Source of the DNA: Amphiscolops sp. MND2022
Taxonomy: Eukaryota
Reading direction: 5' to 3'
Assembly (NCBI GenBank): GCA_964187785.1
Contig: OZ076409.1
Coordinates: 75,518,001 to 75,582,000, forward strand
DNA length: 64,000 bases
Below are positions 40,101 through 54,100 of the stretch, in pieces. The notes below the pieces were generated by a model. The model saw only the letters and a program-made list of their open reading frames with translations, ran no database searches and had not been told where the DNA came from. A program made the position numbers and the translations under genes. Within the stretch, counting starts at the first letter, position 1. Every line of letters starts with the position of its first letter.

Positions 40101-42703
40101 GGCATGCCGAGGCATGCCCTTCGACGACGTATACCAAGATATGTTCGAGCGCGTTAGCCTAGGTGCCGGGATTTTCTATTCGTTTGGGGAAGATGCGCGC
40201 TGTTGGGGAGGGTCCCGGGCGCGCTCAGGTGTTTGTGGTTTTCCAACTTTGGAATCAGCACCCGCTGGGAACGATCTCGAGAACTATCCATACGATTTGG
40301 CTGAAATTTTGCATGTGGCTCCCAATGGACATTGTAAGAACAAATCCCTACTGGCGTTTTGCTGGGAAAAATCAAAATGTTGGTCAAAAATGCGATTTTC
40401 CGACAAAATTTTTGACTTTTTTTACTTTGACAGTCAAAATCTCGCCACAAGGTCACACTAGCTACCCTAAACCCTGCTAATTATAATTTGCAATCTGTCT
40501 CAGGAATGCGGTGTGAAATTTTCAGGTCAATCGGACTTAAACTCAGCGACTTAGAGCGATTTTTCAAGTGCATTTTTTGACATTTTTTGCATTTGCTGAT
40601 TTATCTCTGCCGTTTTTTGCCCAGATTTTTTTTGAGACCCTCTCCTAAAGACCTCCCCTGGCCGGTTTTCCTCCCAGCAAAACCATTTGGCCCTAAATAC
40701 GAAGTTTCAGCGTTCTAGCATTCCCGGGCGAAAAGTTGTGGGACTTAGAAAATTTTTTTGGAAACGCAAAATGTGTAAAGTCAACTTCTGGCCTCCCAAA
40801 GTCAAGGAACTTCCACACAACTAGTATTGCAAGTGAATGCATGTGGAGAGTACTCGAAGAGACGAGGAAAATGAGCTATAGAACGTCTCTGTAGCTTAAC
40901 CTGACGTTGACTTATGACCTTTTGAGTGTGAGCTTGCTATGCGAGAAAAAATGCAAAACATGAAAATGGAAGCAAAGTATCGTCGAAAACTCATCATAAG
41001 ATGTTCAACTCATCCTAGAGCGGTTTATTTACAGTTGTTTAGTAGAGCAACACCATTCATGATCATGTGTCCCATTTTTATGGGTTATGAGATTGTCTTA
41101 TTCATCCGATAGCCCAAAGCAGTTGAGTACATTCCATCTCACCTCCGTGTGAGATGAGAATGTACTCGCTAAAGTCCAAGTACTACAGCCCATATTGGTT
41201 TTATGCGACGCTCTGTATGCAAATGAGCATACTTGAAATTTTTTTAGCTGATATTTTTTTAACTGCACTTTGACTCTGACCTGACATACTGAATAATTAG
41301 TCCTTATAACATACACATAATTAACGTCAACGCCTCATCCTTGCATCAACGCCCACCGTCCGTGGGCATGCCGAGGCATGCCCTTCGACGACGCGCACCA
41401 AAATATTCCCCGAGCGCGGTAGCCGCTAGGTGCCGGGATTTCTATTCGTTCGAGTATGTGGCGCGTGTGGGTAGGGCCCCTGGCGCGCTCTTTTATTTCG
41501 GGTACACCTACTCCAAATTCACGATGTGATTTCGACGATCTCGTAAACTAGCCATACGATTTGGCTGAAATTTGGCACAAGTACCCCCCTCGGCACGGTG
41601 AAGATGATTCCCTACTGACGTTTTGCCCGCTAAACATTTTTTGTTGACCAAAATAACGGTTTTTGGTGGAAAATTTTTGATTTTTTTTAAATTTCATCTT
41701 ATATCTCGCCACGGGTTTACGCTAGCGCTTCAAAACCTTGCTGACGAAAGTTTGCAAACTGTCTCAGGAATGCGGTGTGAAATTTTCAGCTCAATCGGAC
41801 TTAAACTCGAGGAGATATAGCGTTTTTCCGGAGCGGGGGGGTTTCATTTTTCTAACGGTCCAGCTTATCTTTGACATTTTTTCGAAAATGCACTCGCCTA
41901 AAGGCCTCCCCTGGCCGGTTTTATTCCCAGCAAAACCATTTGGCCCTAAATACGGAGTTTCAGCGTTCTAGCATTCTCGGGCGAAAAGTTGTGGGACTTA
42001 GAAAATTTCAAAAATTTTCAAAAAAATTTTTTTTTGTTATTTGGGCCCCCAAAGTGGGGGAAAGGACCCCCCAACCATTAATTTGAGTGAATGCATGTGC
42101 AAAGCCCTTGTATAGAGGAGAAAAATGCCGTTTAGAACGTCTTTTTATCTTTACTCAACATTGACTTATGACGTTTTGAAGGTGACCGTTAGAAATGGAA
42201 AATTGATGTTTTGAGTATTTATCTCATCTGAAAGCCATTGAGATACAACATGTTTTGCTCAAAACGGGTTTCATTGCAGTTTCGCTGTCTATTAACACCC
42301 TTTGGTGACTTTTGACATATTTTTGCTTTTATATAAAACCAATTTTTTGTGCATTTTTTCTTTTTTTTTCATCTAATATCTTGAAACAGTTGAGTACATT
42401 CCATCTCCCTTCCCGGGGGAGATGAGAATGTACTCGCTAAAAGCCAAGAACTACGGCCAAAACCTTCCCGAGCTACGCACTACAAATATTGCATATGCAT
42501 GCAGACCTTTTGATACATTTTTATCTTTGTAGATTGACTGGAAAAACCGAAAACTATGTCCTGATTATACAAAGTTTCCTCACAACGACACATGTTTACG
42601 TCAACGCCCCATAGTTCTTATCAACGCCCCCCGTCCGTGGGCATGCCGTGGCATGCCCTTCGACGACGTGCACCAAAATATATTCGAGCGCGGTAGCCGC
42701 TAG
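31196..42703. repeat. Family A units 23-31
   Basis: Nine units of 1265-1290 bp in mixed subtypes, all with the internal hairpin and the terminal palindrome. Confidence 0.95.
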
Positions 42704-44105
42704 GTGGTCGGGTATTTTTTTTTACTCGTATATGACGTTTGCGAGGCTTTGGGGAGGGCCCCGTGCCGAGCCTGTTCCGAAAATCGCCACATGTAGAAAT
42801 CTGGCACTAAAATGCGAGATCTCAAAAAGTAGCCGTTAAAATTCTCTGAAATTTTGCATGTGGCTCAGAATTAGTGAGTAATGAAAAAGTGTAGGAGTGA
42901 AAGTCGCTGAAAAAATGGTCCTTGTTGCACTTTTTGCGCAATTTTTGTCTGATTGTTGCGTTTTTTATGTCATTTTCGACTTTTCAAGCAAAAAACTCAT
43001 GGATGCTTTGTTCCTAGCGCATCAAGTGTGGAGCACGAAAAGTTGCAGCATCTCCAAGTGCGTATGCTGAGAAAATTTGGTTGCCGTCGGGTTACCCCCC
43101 ACAGAGCTAGAGGGGTACTTCCGGTTATTTTTGACCCCCTAAATTAGGTAATTTGCTAATTTTTGTAATGAAGCCGTAGATTTAGCGTGTCCGCACCCTG
43201 CTGAAGTTTTGTTAAACATTTTGCGAGAGACCCAATGACATGTGTTCAGTTCACCCCCCATCACCCCCTTGACCGGAAATGAACGTTTTTGTGCACTTTC
43301 AGACCGGATGTCTCCATTTTCACCGGTAAGGAGGCCTTGTACGACCAACTAGCAGGATATCAAAATTTAAGTATAACCCAGGGTCAACTTAATGACCACG
43401 TGTTGTCCAGTCATGGGTTTCACTATGACCGGAAATGGGCTCAAAACCCCACTTTTAGTAGTTTTTTATCAATTTGAATAGTGTTTGGTCCACATTCAGG
43501 TGGCGTAAGTCACTTGCACCAGTGTGAGTATTAACTGCATGTTCCCTGCGTAGACGTAACTGACACTGTCAGATACCGGAAGTAACCCCATGTGACCGGA
43601 AGTGGTCAATTTTGACCGGAAATGGTTCAAAAAGTAGCGTAAAAGCAGTTTTTCACTATTTTTAGGGACAATTTTTTACTTTTTTTCAATCTGAATGCCT
43701 CCTTTATACTACCAAAGCTAACATCGTTGCCTGTTTTGCTAAAGATTTGGCAATTGATTACCTTTATCAACCCCGATAGCCTTCCAAGTTGACCTTGGGT
43801 CAATCTTGAAGGCTATCTATACTTAAAACGAAAAATCGAGATAAGTTGTTTTCTCCATTACGTTGATAATTTTTCCTTGATGTCAAATTGTTAAGCAAAG
43901 ACTTTTAAGCAAATTAATGATCGGAATCTTGTTCAGAGGTCTCACCCTGAGGAAGATTATTTGAGATTGATGTAAACTGAGAATGAGGTTAGTATTTGTC
44001 AACATCAGAGAATCTTATCAACGCCCACCGTCTGTGGGCATGCCGAGGCATGCCCTTCGACGTCGTATGCCAAATAGCGCCACAGGGCGCCCACACTTTT
44101 GCTAG
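42704..44105. mobile_element. Family C unit (1402 bp), single copy in window, distantly related to B
   Basis: Starts GTG after CTAG, has GGGAGGGCCCC at 42752, several ACCGGAA(A/G)T motifs and a GATAGCCTT...AAGGCTATC hairpin at 43775-43817 as in B. It ends with the shared palindrome plus CTAG. Confidence 0.65.
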
Positions 44106-45151
44106 GTGGTCCGGGGTAGTTCCCCACATTATTTAGTGCGAGGCCGGGGAGGGTCCCGATGCCGAGCTTAATTTTCGCGTGTCGTACTATATCCTTTAGC
44201 ACACCAGTCAAAAAACGGCGATTTTCGAATTGAACCGATAAAACTTCTTTAAACTTTGCATGTGTACTTATCTTGCCGATGTAAGAATGATGTTCTGCTG
44301 GTCAAACATGATCCTATTACTTGGCGGGAAGTTATGAGCAAATGATCGGGTTTTTCACCCAATTTCGGTACTTTTTCGCTGCGATATCTGCAGCATGTGG
44401 ATACAATTGGCTGATACTTTGCATGCGAGGCATTAATGATGTCAGGTGTTTGCATGCCAAAAATCATTAGGCTGGTGATACTAGGCTGAGAGATAGAAGT
44501 GAACGAAGTAACAGAAATTTGTGAATTTTCCTGTCATTGCGTCATAATTTCCGAACTTTTATACAAATGATGTTTCCTTTAGCGGTAGCAGTACAGTCGA
44601 TGTGTTTTCAACATCACGTGGCCAGGATAAAAAATTAAAAATAAAAAAGTTCTACAAAAGTTCTCCAAAAATTCTAAAAATTGCGAATTTTTTCAAAAAA
44701 AAAATTTTTCGGGTTCCATTGTATTTTTATACCAGGAATTCAAAAATCACATTATTTATCGTGTCAACGGCGCCAAAATGGGTTTATTTTTAATATTGAC
44801 CGCTTTCACCAGCTTGATATACCAGTTTCAGTAAGTATTTGAAAAATACTCAGGGTTGAGGCAAATGCATAAGTAGCACGATTTTAAAACGTAATTTTAT
44901 TTGTCACCGGTGTTCCGAGGGATGCACAGCAGCACGCAGGAACAACGGTGACCCGGAAGGAAGGCTGTAGATACTTGTTACGACCGAAGGCAGTCACTGT
45001 TTAGTTTTGTTCGACATGATTATGTACGTCGTTGCGATGTGCATCAGCAAAAATTCACATCAGTGACCCCAAAGTGGAACAAGTTATACATGAATTGAGA
45101 ACAGACAGTACCGTTCGGCCCCCTGGTAATTGGTAGCTTTGCCTCCACTGG
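44106..45151. mobile_element. Family D unit (1046 bp), single copy in window, ends CTGG|GTG
   Basis: Starts GTG after CTAG and has GGGAGGGTCCC at 44147. The body is unique and lacks the GGGCATGCC palindrome. It is followed precisely by an intact A head (GTGGCCGGAAATTTT). Confidence 0.6.
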
Positions 45152-48100
45152 GTGGCCGGAAATTTTTTTTTTCATCAAAATCTTTGCCATTGGGGGAGGG
45201 GCCCCGGATGGCCAGTAGTACGGGATAGCTTCCTACCAAATCCAGGCGGAAAAAACGTGATTTTGGAAACTAGCCGTCAGAATTTGCTCAAATTTTGCAT
45301 ACGGCTTCCTATGACAATCCTAAGAACTAATCCCTACTGGCATTTTGCCCAAAAAACGCAAAAAGTTGGTCAAAATCTTAGTTTTTTGGTCAAAAAATGG
45401 CGTTTTTTCGAAAAAAAATTTTTTCAGAGACAATTACTCGTAACTGGTTCACCCAGCGCAAAAACGCCTAGCTGATTTATTGTTGGGCACTTCATTAGGA
45501 GTACGTATACAAATTTTCGTCCAATTCGGATAAAAATTGATTGAGAAATAACTGAAAATTTGAGGCATTTTTTTGGAAATTTTTGAAATCCCAGTCTATC
45601 TCTGCTGTTTTTTGCCCAGATTTTTTTCCAGACACTTTCCTAAAGACCTCCCCTGGCCGGTTTACCTCCCAGCAAAACCATTTGGCCCTAAATACGGAGT
45701 TTCAGCATTCCAGCAAACCCCGGGTAAAAGATAAATGACTTAGAATTTTTTCGAAAAATTTTCAAATTTTTTTTTTTCAAATTCAGGCCTCCCAAAGTCA
45801 AGAAACTTCCACACAACTAGGATTGCAAGTGATAGCATGTGGAAAGTGCTTGAATAGACGAGAATAATTAGCTATTATACGACTCTGTAGCTTAACCTGA
45901 CGTTGACTTATGATAATTTTAGTGTGAGCTTCGTATGTGCTGAAAAAATCAAAAAAACCTAAAAGTCTTTTAAAAGTAATCAGAATACGTCCAATCAACC
46001 CCAGAGCTGTTAAATTGCCGTTGTGCAGTGGAGCAACACCATTTACAGTGTTTTGACCCATTTTGATAAGTTTTGATACCGTCTTGTTCATCCGATAGCA
46101 CAAAACAGTTGAGTACATTCCATCTCCCCCCTTGTGGGGGAGATGAGAATGTACTCGCTAAAAGTCAGGTACTATAGCGCCCATTTTGTTTTTTTTTTCG
46201 ACGCTAGTGATGCTATTGCACACGAATACAATAGTTTTGTCAAATCATGTTTGACATGATGAATCTTACTATACCTTTAGTTTACGTTTACCTACTACTA
46301 CAACATCGCATGGCTAACGTCAACGCCACATACTCGCATCAACGCCCACCGTCCGTGGGCATGCCGAGGCATGCCCTTCGACGACGTATGCCAAATAGCG
46401 CCACAGGGCGCAAACTTGTCCGCTAGGTGCCGGGATTTCTATTCGATAAAGTATGTGGCGCGTGTGGGTAGGGTCCCTGGCGCGCTCTTGGGTATGGTGT
46501 TCACCAGCTAGGATATAGGGGTCGATTTTTCGGGATCTCCTAAACTAGCCACACGATTTGGCTGAAATTTGGCACACGTACTCCCCTCGGCATGGTGAAG
46601 ATGATTCCCTACTAGCGTTTTGCTCGCAAAATTTTTTTTGTTGTCCAAAATAACGGTTTTTGGTGGAAAATTTTGAACTTTTTTTAAATTTCATCTTATA
46701 TCTCGCCACGGGTTTACGCTAGCGCTTCAAAACCCTGCTAAAGAAAGCTTGCAAACTGTCTCAGGAATGCGGTGTGAAATTTTCAGCACAATCGGACTTA
46801 AACTCAAGGAGATATAGCGTTTTTCCGGAGCGGGGGGGTTTCATTTTTCTAACGGTCCAGCTTATCTTTGCCATTTTTTCAAAAATGCACTCGCCTAAAG
46901 GCCTCCCCTGGCCGGTTTTATTCCCAGCAAAACCATTTGGCCCTAAATACGGAGTTTCAGCGTTCCAGCATTCCCGGGCGAAAAGTTGTGGGACTTAGAA
47001 AAGTTCAAAAATTTTCAAAAAAATTTTTTTCCGTTTTCCGCCCTCCCCCCCTAGGGGAAAAGACCCCCCAACCAGTAATTTGAGTGAATTCATGTGGAAA
47101 GGCCATGTTTAGAGGAGAAAAATCCCCTTTAAATCGTCTTTTTATCTTTATTCAACGTTGACTTATGACGTTTTGAAGGTGATGTTTGGAGGTGTGAAGC
47201 ACGTGAAAAGTAAACGTTATGAGTATTTATCTGATCTGAAAGCCATTGAGATGCAACCTGTTTTGCTCAAAACGTAATTCATGGCAGTTTGGCAATCAAT
47301 CAACACCCTTTGTTGTCGTTTGACATACTTTTTTGTTGTTATAATAAAAAATTTTGTGTATTTATTCATTTTTTTCCCATCAAATAACTTGAAACAGTTG
47401 AGTACATTCCTTCCCCCCCTTCCGGGGGAGATGAGAATGTACTCGCAAAAAGCACCGAACTACGGCCCTTACCTTCCCGAGCTACGCAGTATAAGGATTA
47501 CATATTGGTTCCGACATTTTCATAGAGTTAAATCTTGGTAATCTGTCTGGATATGCTGAAAAACCAGCACGTGCTTTTTTATACCAAGTTGCTTACAACG
47601 ACAATTATTTTATATCAACGCCCCCATATTTATCAACGCCCCCCGTCCGTGGGCATGCCGAGGCATGCCCTTCGACGACGTATACCAAGATATGTTCGAG
47701 CGCGTTAGCCTAGGTGGCCGTGTCTTTTCGACGTGCTTTTGCATTGAGGAGTGGGTAGGGCCCCGCGACGACCTAGAAGAATTGGATGCTCACCGAAACG
47801 TGCAGAATTCTACGAGATCTCATAGTTTGAGCCATACGATTTTTCTGAAATTTGGCATGTGGCCTGGAATTGGTGAGTAGGTAAAACGTGTAGGAGGTGA
47901 TTTTTCCCAAATTCCACTGTGAGACGAGATATGGGCAAATAACGGTCCCAAAAATGGCAAAAATGCACTTTTTTCAACTTTGTCAGCCCATATCTCGTTC
48001 CCAGGTGCCCGGAGCGGGACGCGTTAAGCTGATTATAAACTCTAGGGTGTTGAGGCTGTACGGGGAAGTCAGGCCCGTTCCGATCGGACTTGTAGTCTTG

Positions 48101-51100
48101 GAGAAATAACGGTATTTTTGGGGAACCTTTTCTAACGGTCCAGCTTATCTTTGCCATTTTTTCGAAAATGTACTCGCCTAAAGGCCTCCCCCTGGCCGAA
48201 TTTACTCCCAGCAAAACCATTTGGCCCTAAATACGGAGTTTCAGCGTTCCAGCATTCCCGGGCGAAAAGTTGTGGGACTTGGAAAATTTTCAAAAATTTT
48301 CAAAATTTTTTTTTTCGTTTTCCGGGACCCAATGAAGGGGAAACGACCCCCCAACCAGTATTTTGAGTGAATTCATGTGGAAAGCCCTTGTTTTGACGAG
48401 AAAAGTACCGTTTAGAACATCTTTTTATCTTGACTCAACGTTGACTTATGACGTTTTGAATGTGATGTAAGGATGTAGGAGGCATGTGATAAGTTGATGT
48501 TTTGAGTCTTTATCTCATATGAAAGCGGTTGAGATGCAAGCTGTCCTGCTCAAAACGTCTTTCGTTGTAATTTTCCAGTGCACCAATACCCTTTGGTGTC
48601 ATATAAACATACTTTTCGTCGATATATTAACAATTTTAATGTATTTATTCCAATTTTATTATCTTTTAACTCAAAACAGTTGAGTACATTTCATCTCCCT
48701 TTCGGGGGAGATGAGAATGTACTCGCTAAAGACCTAGCGCCATGACCAAAAGTTTGAAACCCACGTTTTTTATCTTCTTACAGACTTGTTTTTGTATTTT
48801 TTCGGAATTTTTTAAAAATTAATATACTTGAAATACATTACTTGACTTTACTACTACAATCCACCTCCAACGTCAACGCCCCCTTGCTTGCATCAACGCC
48901 CACCGTCCGTGGGCATGCCGAGGCATGCCCTTCGACGACGTATGCCAAATGCCCAGTGCCACGCAGTCATTATCGCTAGGTGCCGGTGTTTTTTTACACA
49001 ATGGGGGAAGTTGCGCGGTTGGGGAGGGTCCCTGACGCGCTTCCGTGGTATCGGGTCTTTCAACCGATGAAAACGACATAAAAAATTGGGATCTCGTAAA
49101 CTAGCCATACGATTTGGCTGAAATTTGGCACACGTACCCCCCTCGGCACGGTGAAGATGATTCCCTACTGACGTTTTGCTCGCTAAACATTTTTTGTTGA
49201 CCAAAATAACGGTTTTTGGGGTAAAATTTTCAACTTTTTTTAAATTTCATCTTATATCTCGCCACGGGTACGCGCTAGCGCTTCCAAACCTTGCTGACGA
49301 AAGTTTGCAAACTGTCTCAGAAATGCTGTGTGAAATTTTCAGCTCAATCGGACTTAAACTCGGGGAGATATAGCGTTTTTCCGGAGCGGGGGGGTTTCAT
49401 TTTTCTAACGGTCCAGCTTATCTTTGCCATTTTTTCGAAAATGCACTCGCCTAAAGGCCTCCCCTGGCCGGTTTTATTCCCAGCAAAACCATTTGGCCCT
49501 AAATACGGAGTTTCAGCGTTCTAGCATTCCCGGGCGAAAAGTTGTGGGACTTAGAAAATTTCAAAAATTTTCAAAATTTTTTTTTCCGTTATTTGTGCCC
49601 CCAAAGTGGGGGAAAGCACCCTCCAACCAGTAAAGCAAGTGAATGCATGTGCAAAGCCCTTGTTTAGAGGAGAAAAATGCCGTTTAGAACGTCTTTTTAT
49701 CTTGGCTCAACGTTGACTTTTGTCGTTTTGAAGGTGACCGTTAGATACGGAAAATTGATGTTTTGAGTATTTATCCCATCTGAAAGCCATTGAGATACAA
49801 CATGTTTTGCTCAAAACGTGTTTCATTGCAGTTTCGCTGTCCATTATTCCCCTTTGGTGTCTTTTCACGTAATTTTCGTTTCTATTATAACAATTTTTTT
49901 GTGTATTTATTCATTTTTTTCTCATCAAATAACTTGAAACAGTTGAGTACATTCCATCTCCCTTCCCGGGGGAGATGAGAATGTACTCGCTAAAGGTCAG
50001 GAACTACGGTCAATATCTTCCACAACACAAAAGGGATTGCAAATGGTTTCAGTTTGTTGCAGAAAACTTCTTTTTGCCCTCTGTGACTCGACAAAATGAA
50101 CGTTTCTTACTTACTTTGAAACTCAGCATACCACAACTCATCTCTAACGTCAGCGCCCCCCTACTTGCATCAACGCCCACCGTCCGTGGGCATGCCGAGG
50201 CATGCCCTTCGACGACGTATACCAAGATATACCTGGAGCGCGGTAGCAGCTAGGTGCCGGGATTTCTATTCGATAAAGTAAGTTGCGCGGTTGGGTAGGG
50301 CCCCGTGAGCGCGCCAGGGGATAGTGTTAGAACAACAAGGATTTGGGCATCAGTTGGGAGCGATTTTCTAAACTATCCGTACGATTTGGCTCAAATTTGG
50401 CATACGTGTTCCTGAGACAGATATAAGAACTAATTCCTACTGGCGTTTTGCCCGGAAAATTCAAAAAGTGGGTCAAAATTGAAATTTTCGGCAAAAAAAT
50501 GCGATTTTTTTTGAAAAATTTTTTTTGAGAGGCCATATCTTTTTTCAGGGTGCCCGGAGCGGGACGCGTTAAACTAATTATAAACTCTACGGTTCATGGG
50601 CTTTACGGAGAACCTAGGCTCGTTTCGCTCGGACAAATAGTCTTGGAGATATAACGGTATTTTTCGGGAATTTTTTGAAAATTTTTCTAACGGTCCAGCT
50701 TATCTTTGCCATTTTTTCAAAAATGCACTCGCCTAAAGGCCTCCCCTGGCCGGTTTTATTCCCAGCAAAACCATTTGGCCCTAAATACGGAGTTTCAGCG
50801 TTCCAGCATTCCCGGGCGAAAAGTTGTGGGACTTAGAAAAATTTCAAAATTTTTCAAAAAATTTTTTTCCGTTTTCCGCCCTCCCCCCCGAGGGGAAAAG
50901 ACCCCCCAACCAGTAATTTGAGTGAATTCATGTGGAAAGGCCATGTTTAGAGGAGAAAAATGCCGTTTAGATCGTCTTTTTATTTTAACCTGTCGTTGAC
51001 TTATGTTGTTTTGAAGGTGATGTTTGGATGTGTGAAGCATGTGAAAAGGTAATTTATTGTGTCTTTAGCTCTTCTAAAAGCCATTGAGATACAAGGTGTA

Positions 51101-54100
51101 GCACTCAGAACGTGTTTAATTCTAAATTAGCAATGCATAAACACTTTTTGTGTCTTTGGACTCTGTTAAAAAATTTTTTCCGACTAAAATCAAAAATTAT
51201 TTATAATTATTCACATTTTTTTCTGATCTCATGACTCGAAACAGTTGAGTACATTCCATCTCCCTTCCCGGGGGAGATGAGAATGTACTCTCTAAAGACC
51301 AGGTACTACAGTACTTACCTTCCCCGAGCAACGCCCCATAAAAATTGCGTTTTGATCATTCTATTTTGACATAATTCTATCTTTGTAATTTGACTGGAAA
51401 TGAAGAAAATCCGCACGTGCTCTTTTATTTCAAGTATCTTAACAACGCCATCTTTTAACGTCAACGCCCCATAGTTCACATCAACGCCCACCGTCCGTGG
51501 GCATGCCGAGGCATGCCCTTCGACGACGTATACCAAGATATACATCGAGCGCGTTAGCCTAGGTGCCGGGATTTCTATTCGATAAAGTATGTGGCGCGCC
51601 TTGGGTAGTATGTTGCGCGCTCTTGGGTATGGTGTTCACCAGCTAGGAAATAGGGGTCGATTTTTCGGGATCTCCTAAACTAGCCACACGATTTGGCTGA
51701 AATTTGGCACACGTACTCCCCTCGGCATGGTGAAGATGATTTCCTACTAGCGTTTTGCTCGCAAAATTTTTTTTGTTGTCCAAAATAACGGTTTTTGGTG
51801 GAAAATTTTGAATTTTTTTTAAATTTTATCTTATATCTCGCCACCGGTTTACGCTAGCGCTTCAAAACCCTGCTAAAGAAAGCTTGCAAACTGTCTCAGG
51901 AATGCGGTGTGAAATTTTCAGCTCAATCGGACTTAAACTCGGGGAGATATAGCGTTTTTCCGGAGCGGGGGGGTTTCATTTTTCTAACGGTCCAGCTTAT
52001 CTTTGCCATTTTTTCGAAAATGCACTCGCCTAAAGGCCTCCCCTGGCCGGTTTTATTCCCAGCAAAACCATTTGGCCCTAAATACGGAGTTTCAGCGTTC
52101 CAGCATTCCCGGGCGAAAAGTTGTGGGACTTAGAAAATTTCAAAAATTTTCAAAATTTTTTTTTCGGTTTTCCGCCCTCCCCCCGAGGGGAAAAGACCCC
52201 CCAACCAGTAATTTGAGTGAATTCATGTGGAAAGGCCATGTTTAGAGGAGAAAAATCCCGTTTAAATCGTCTTTTTATCTTTATTCAACGTTGACTTATG
52301 ACGTTTTGAAGGTGATGTTTGGAGGTGTGAAGCACGTGAAAAGTAAACGTTATGAGTATTTACCTGATCTGAAAGCCATTGAGATGCAACCTGTTTTGCT
52401 CAAAACGTAATTCATATCCGTTTGGTAGTCAATCAACACCCTTTGTTGTCATTTGACATCTTTTTTTGTTGATAGAAGAAAAAATTTTGTGTATTTATTC
52501 ATTTTTTTCTCATCAAATAACTTGAAACAGTTGAGTACATTCCATCCCCCCTTCACGGGGGAGATGAGAATGTACTCGCAAAAAGCCCCAAACTACGGCC
52601 CTTACCTTCCTGAGCTACGCAGTATAAAGATTGCATATTGGTTCCGACATTTTGATAGAGTTATATCTTGGTAATCTGTCTGGGTATGCAGAAAAACCAG
52701 CACGTGCTTTTTTATACCAAGTTGCTCACAACGACAATTATTATATATCAACGCCCCCATATTTATCAACGCCCCCCGTCCGTGGGCATGCCGAGGCATG
52801 CCCTTCGACGACGTATACCAAGATATGTTCGAGCGCGTTAGCCTAGGTGCCGGGATTTCTATTCGATAAGGAATTCTGCGCGTGTGGGTAGGGCCCCTGG
52901 CGCGCTCCTGTGTTTTGGGTTTTCCTACTCTAAATTCACACATCGGTTATCTCGGATCTCGAAAACTAGCCACACGATTTGGCTGAAATTTGGCACACGT
53001 ACCCCCCTCGGCACGGTGAAGATGATTCCCTACTGACGTTTTGCCCGCTAAACATTTTTTGTTGACCAAAATAACGGTTTTTGGTGGAAAATTTTTGATT
53101 TTTTTTAAATTTCATCTTATATCTCGCCAAGGGTTTACGCTAGCGCTTCAAAACCTTGCTGACGAAAGTTTGCAAACTGTCTCAGGAATGCGGTGTGAAA
53201 TTTTCAGCTCAATCGGACAAAAACTCGGGGAGATATTGCGTTTTTCCGGAGCGGGGGGGTTTCATTTTTCTAACGGTCCAGCTTATCTTTGCCATTTTTT
53301 CGAAAATGCACTCGCCTAAAGGCCTCCCCTGGCCGGTTTTACTCCCAAAAAAACCATTTGGCCCTAAATACGGAGTTTCAGCGTTCTAGCATTCTCGGGC
53401 GAAAAGTTGTGGGACTTAGAAAATTTCAAAAATTTTCAAAAATTTTTTTTTTGTTGTTTGGGCCCCCAAAGTGGGGGAAAGGACCCCCCAACCATTAATT
53501 TGAGTGAATGCATGTGCAAAGCCCTTGTATAGAGGAGAAAAATGCCGTTTAGAACGTCTTTTTATCTTTACTCAACGTTGACTTATGACGTTTTGAAATT
53601 GACCGTTAGATATGGAAAATTGATGTTTTGAGTATTTATCTCATCTGAAAGCCATTGAGATACAACATGTTTTGCTCAAAACGGGTTTCATTGCAGTTTC
53701 GCTGTCTATTAACACCCTTTGGTGACTTTTGACATATTTTTGCTTTTATATAAAACCAATTTTTTGTGCATTTTTTCTTTTTTTTTAATCTAATATCTTG
53801 AAACAGTTGAGTACATTCCATCTCCCTTCCCGGGGGAGATGAGAATGTACTCGCTAAAAGCCAAGAACTACGGCCAATACCTTCCCGAGCTACGCACTAC
53901 AAATATTGCATATGCATGCAGACCTTTTGATATATTTTTATCTTTGTAGATTGACTGGAAAAACCGAAAACTCTGTCCTGATTATACAAAGTTTCCTCAC
54001 AACGACACATGTTTACGTCAACGCCCCATAGTTCTTATCAACGCCCCCCGTCCGTGGGCATGCCGTGGCATGCCCTTCGACGACGTGCACCAAAATATAT

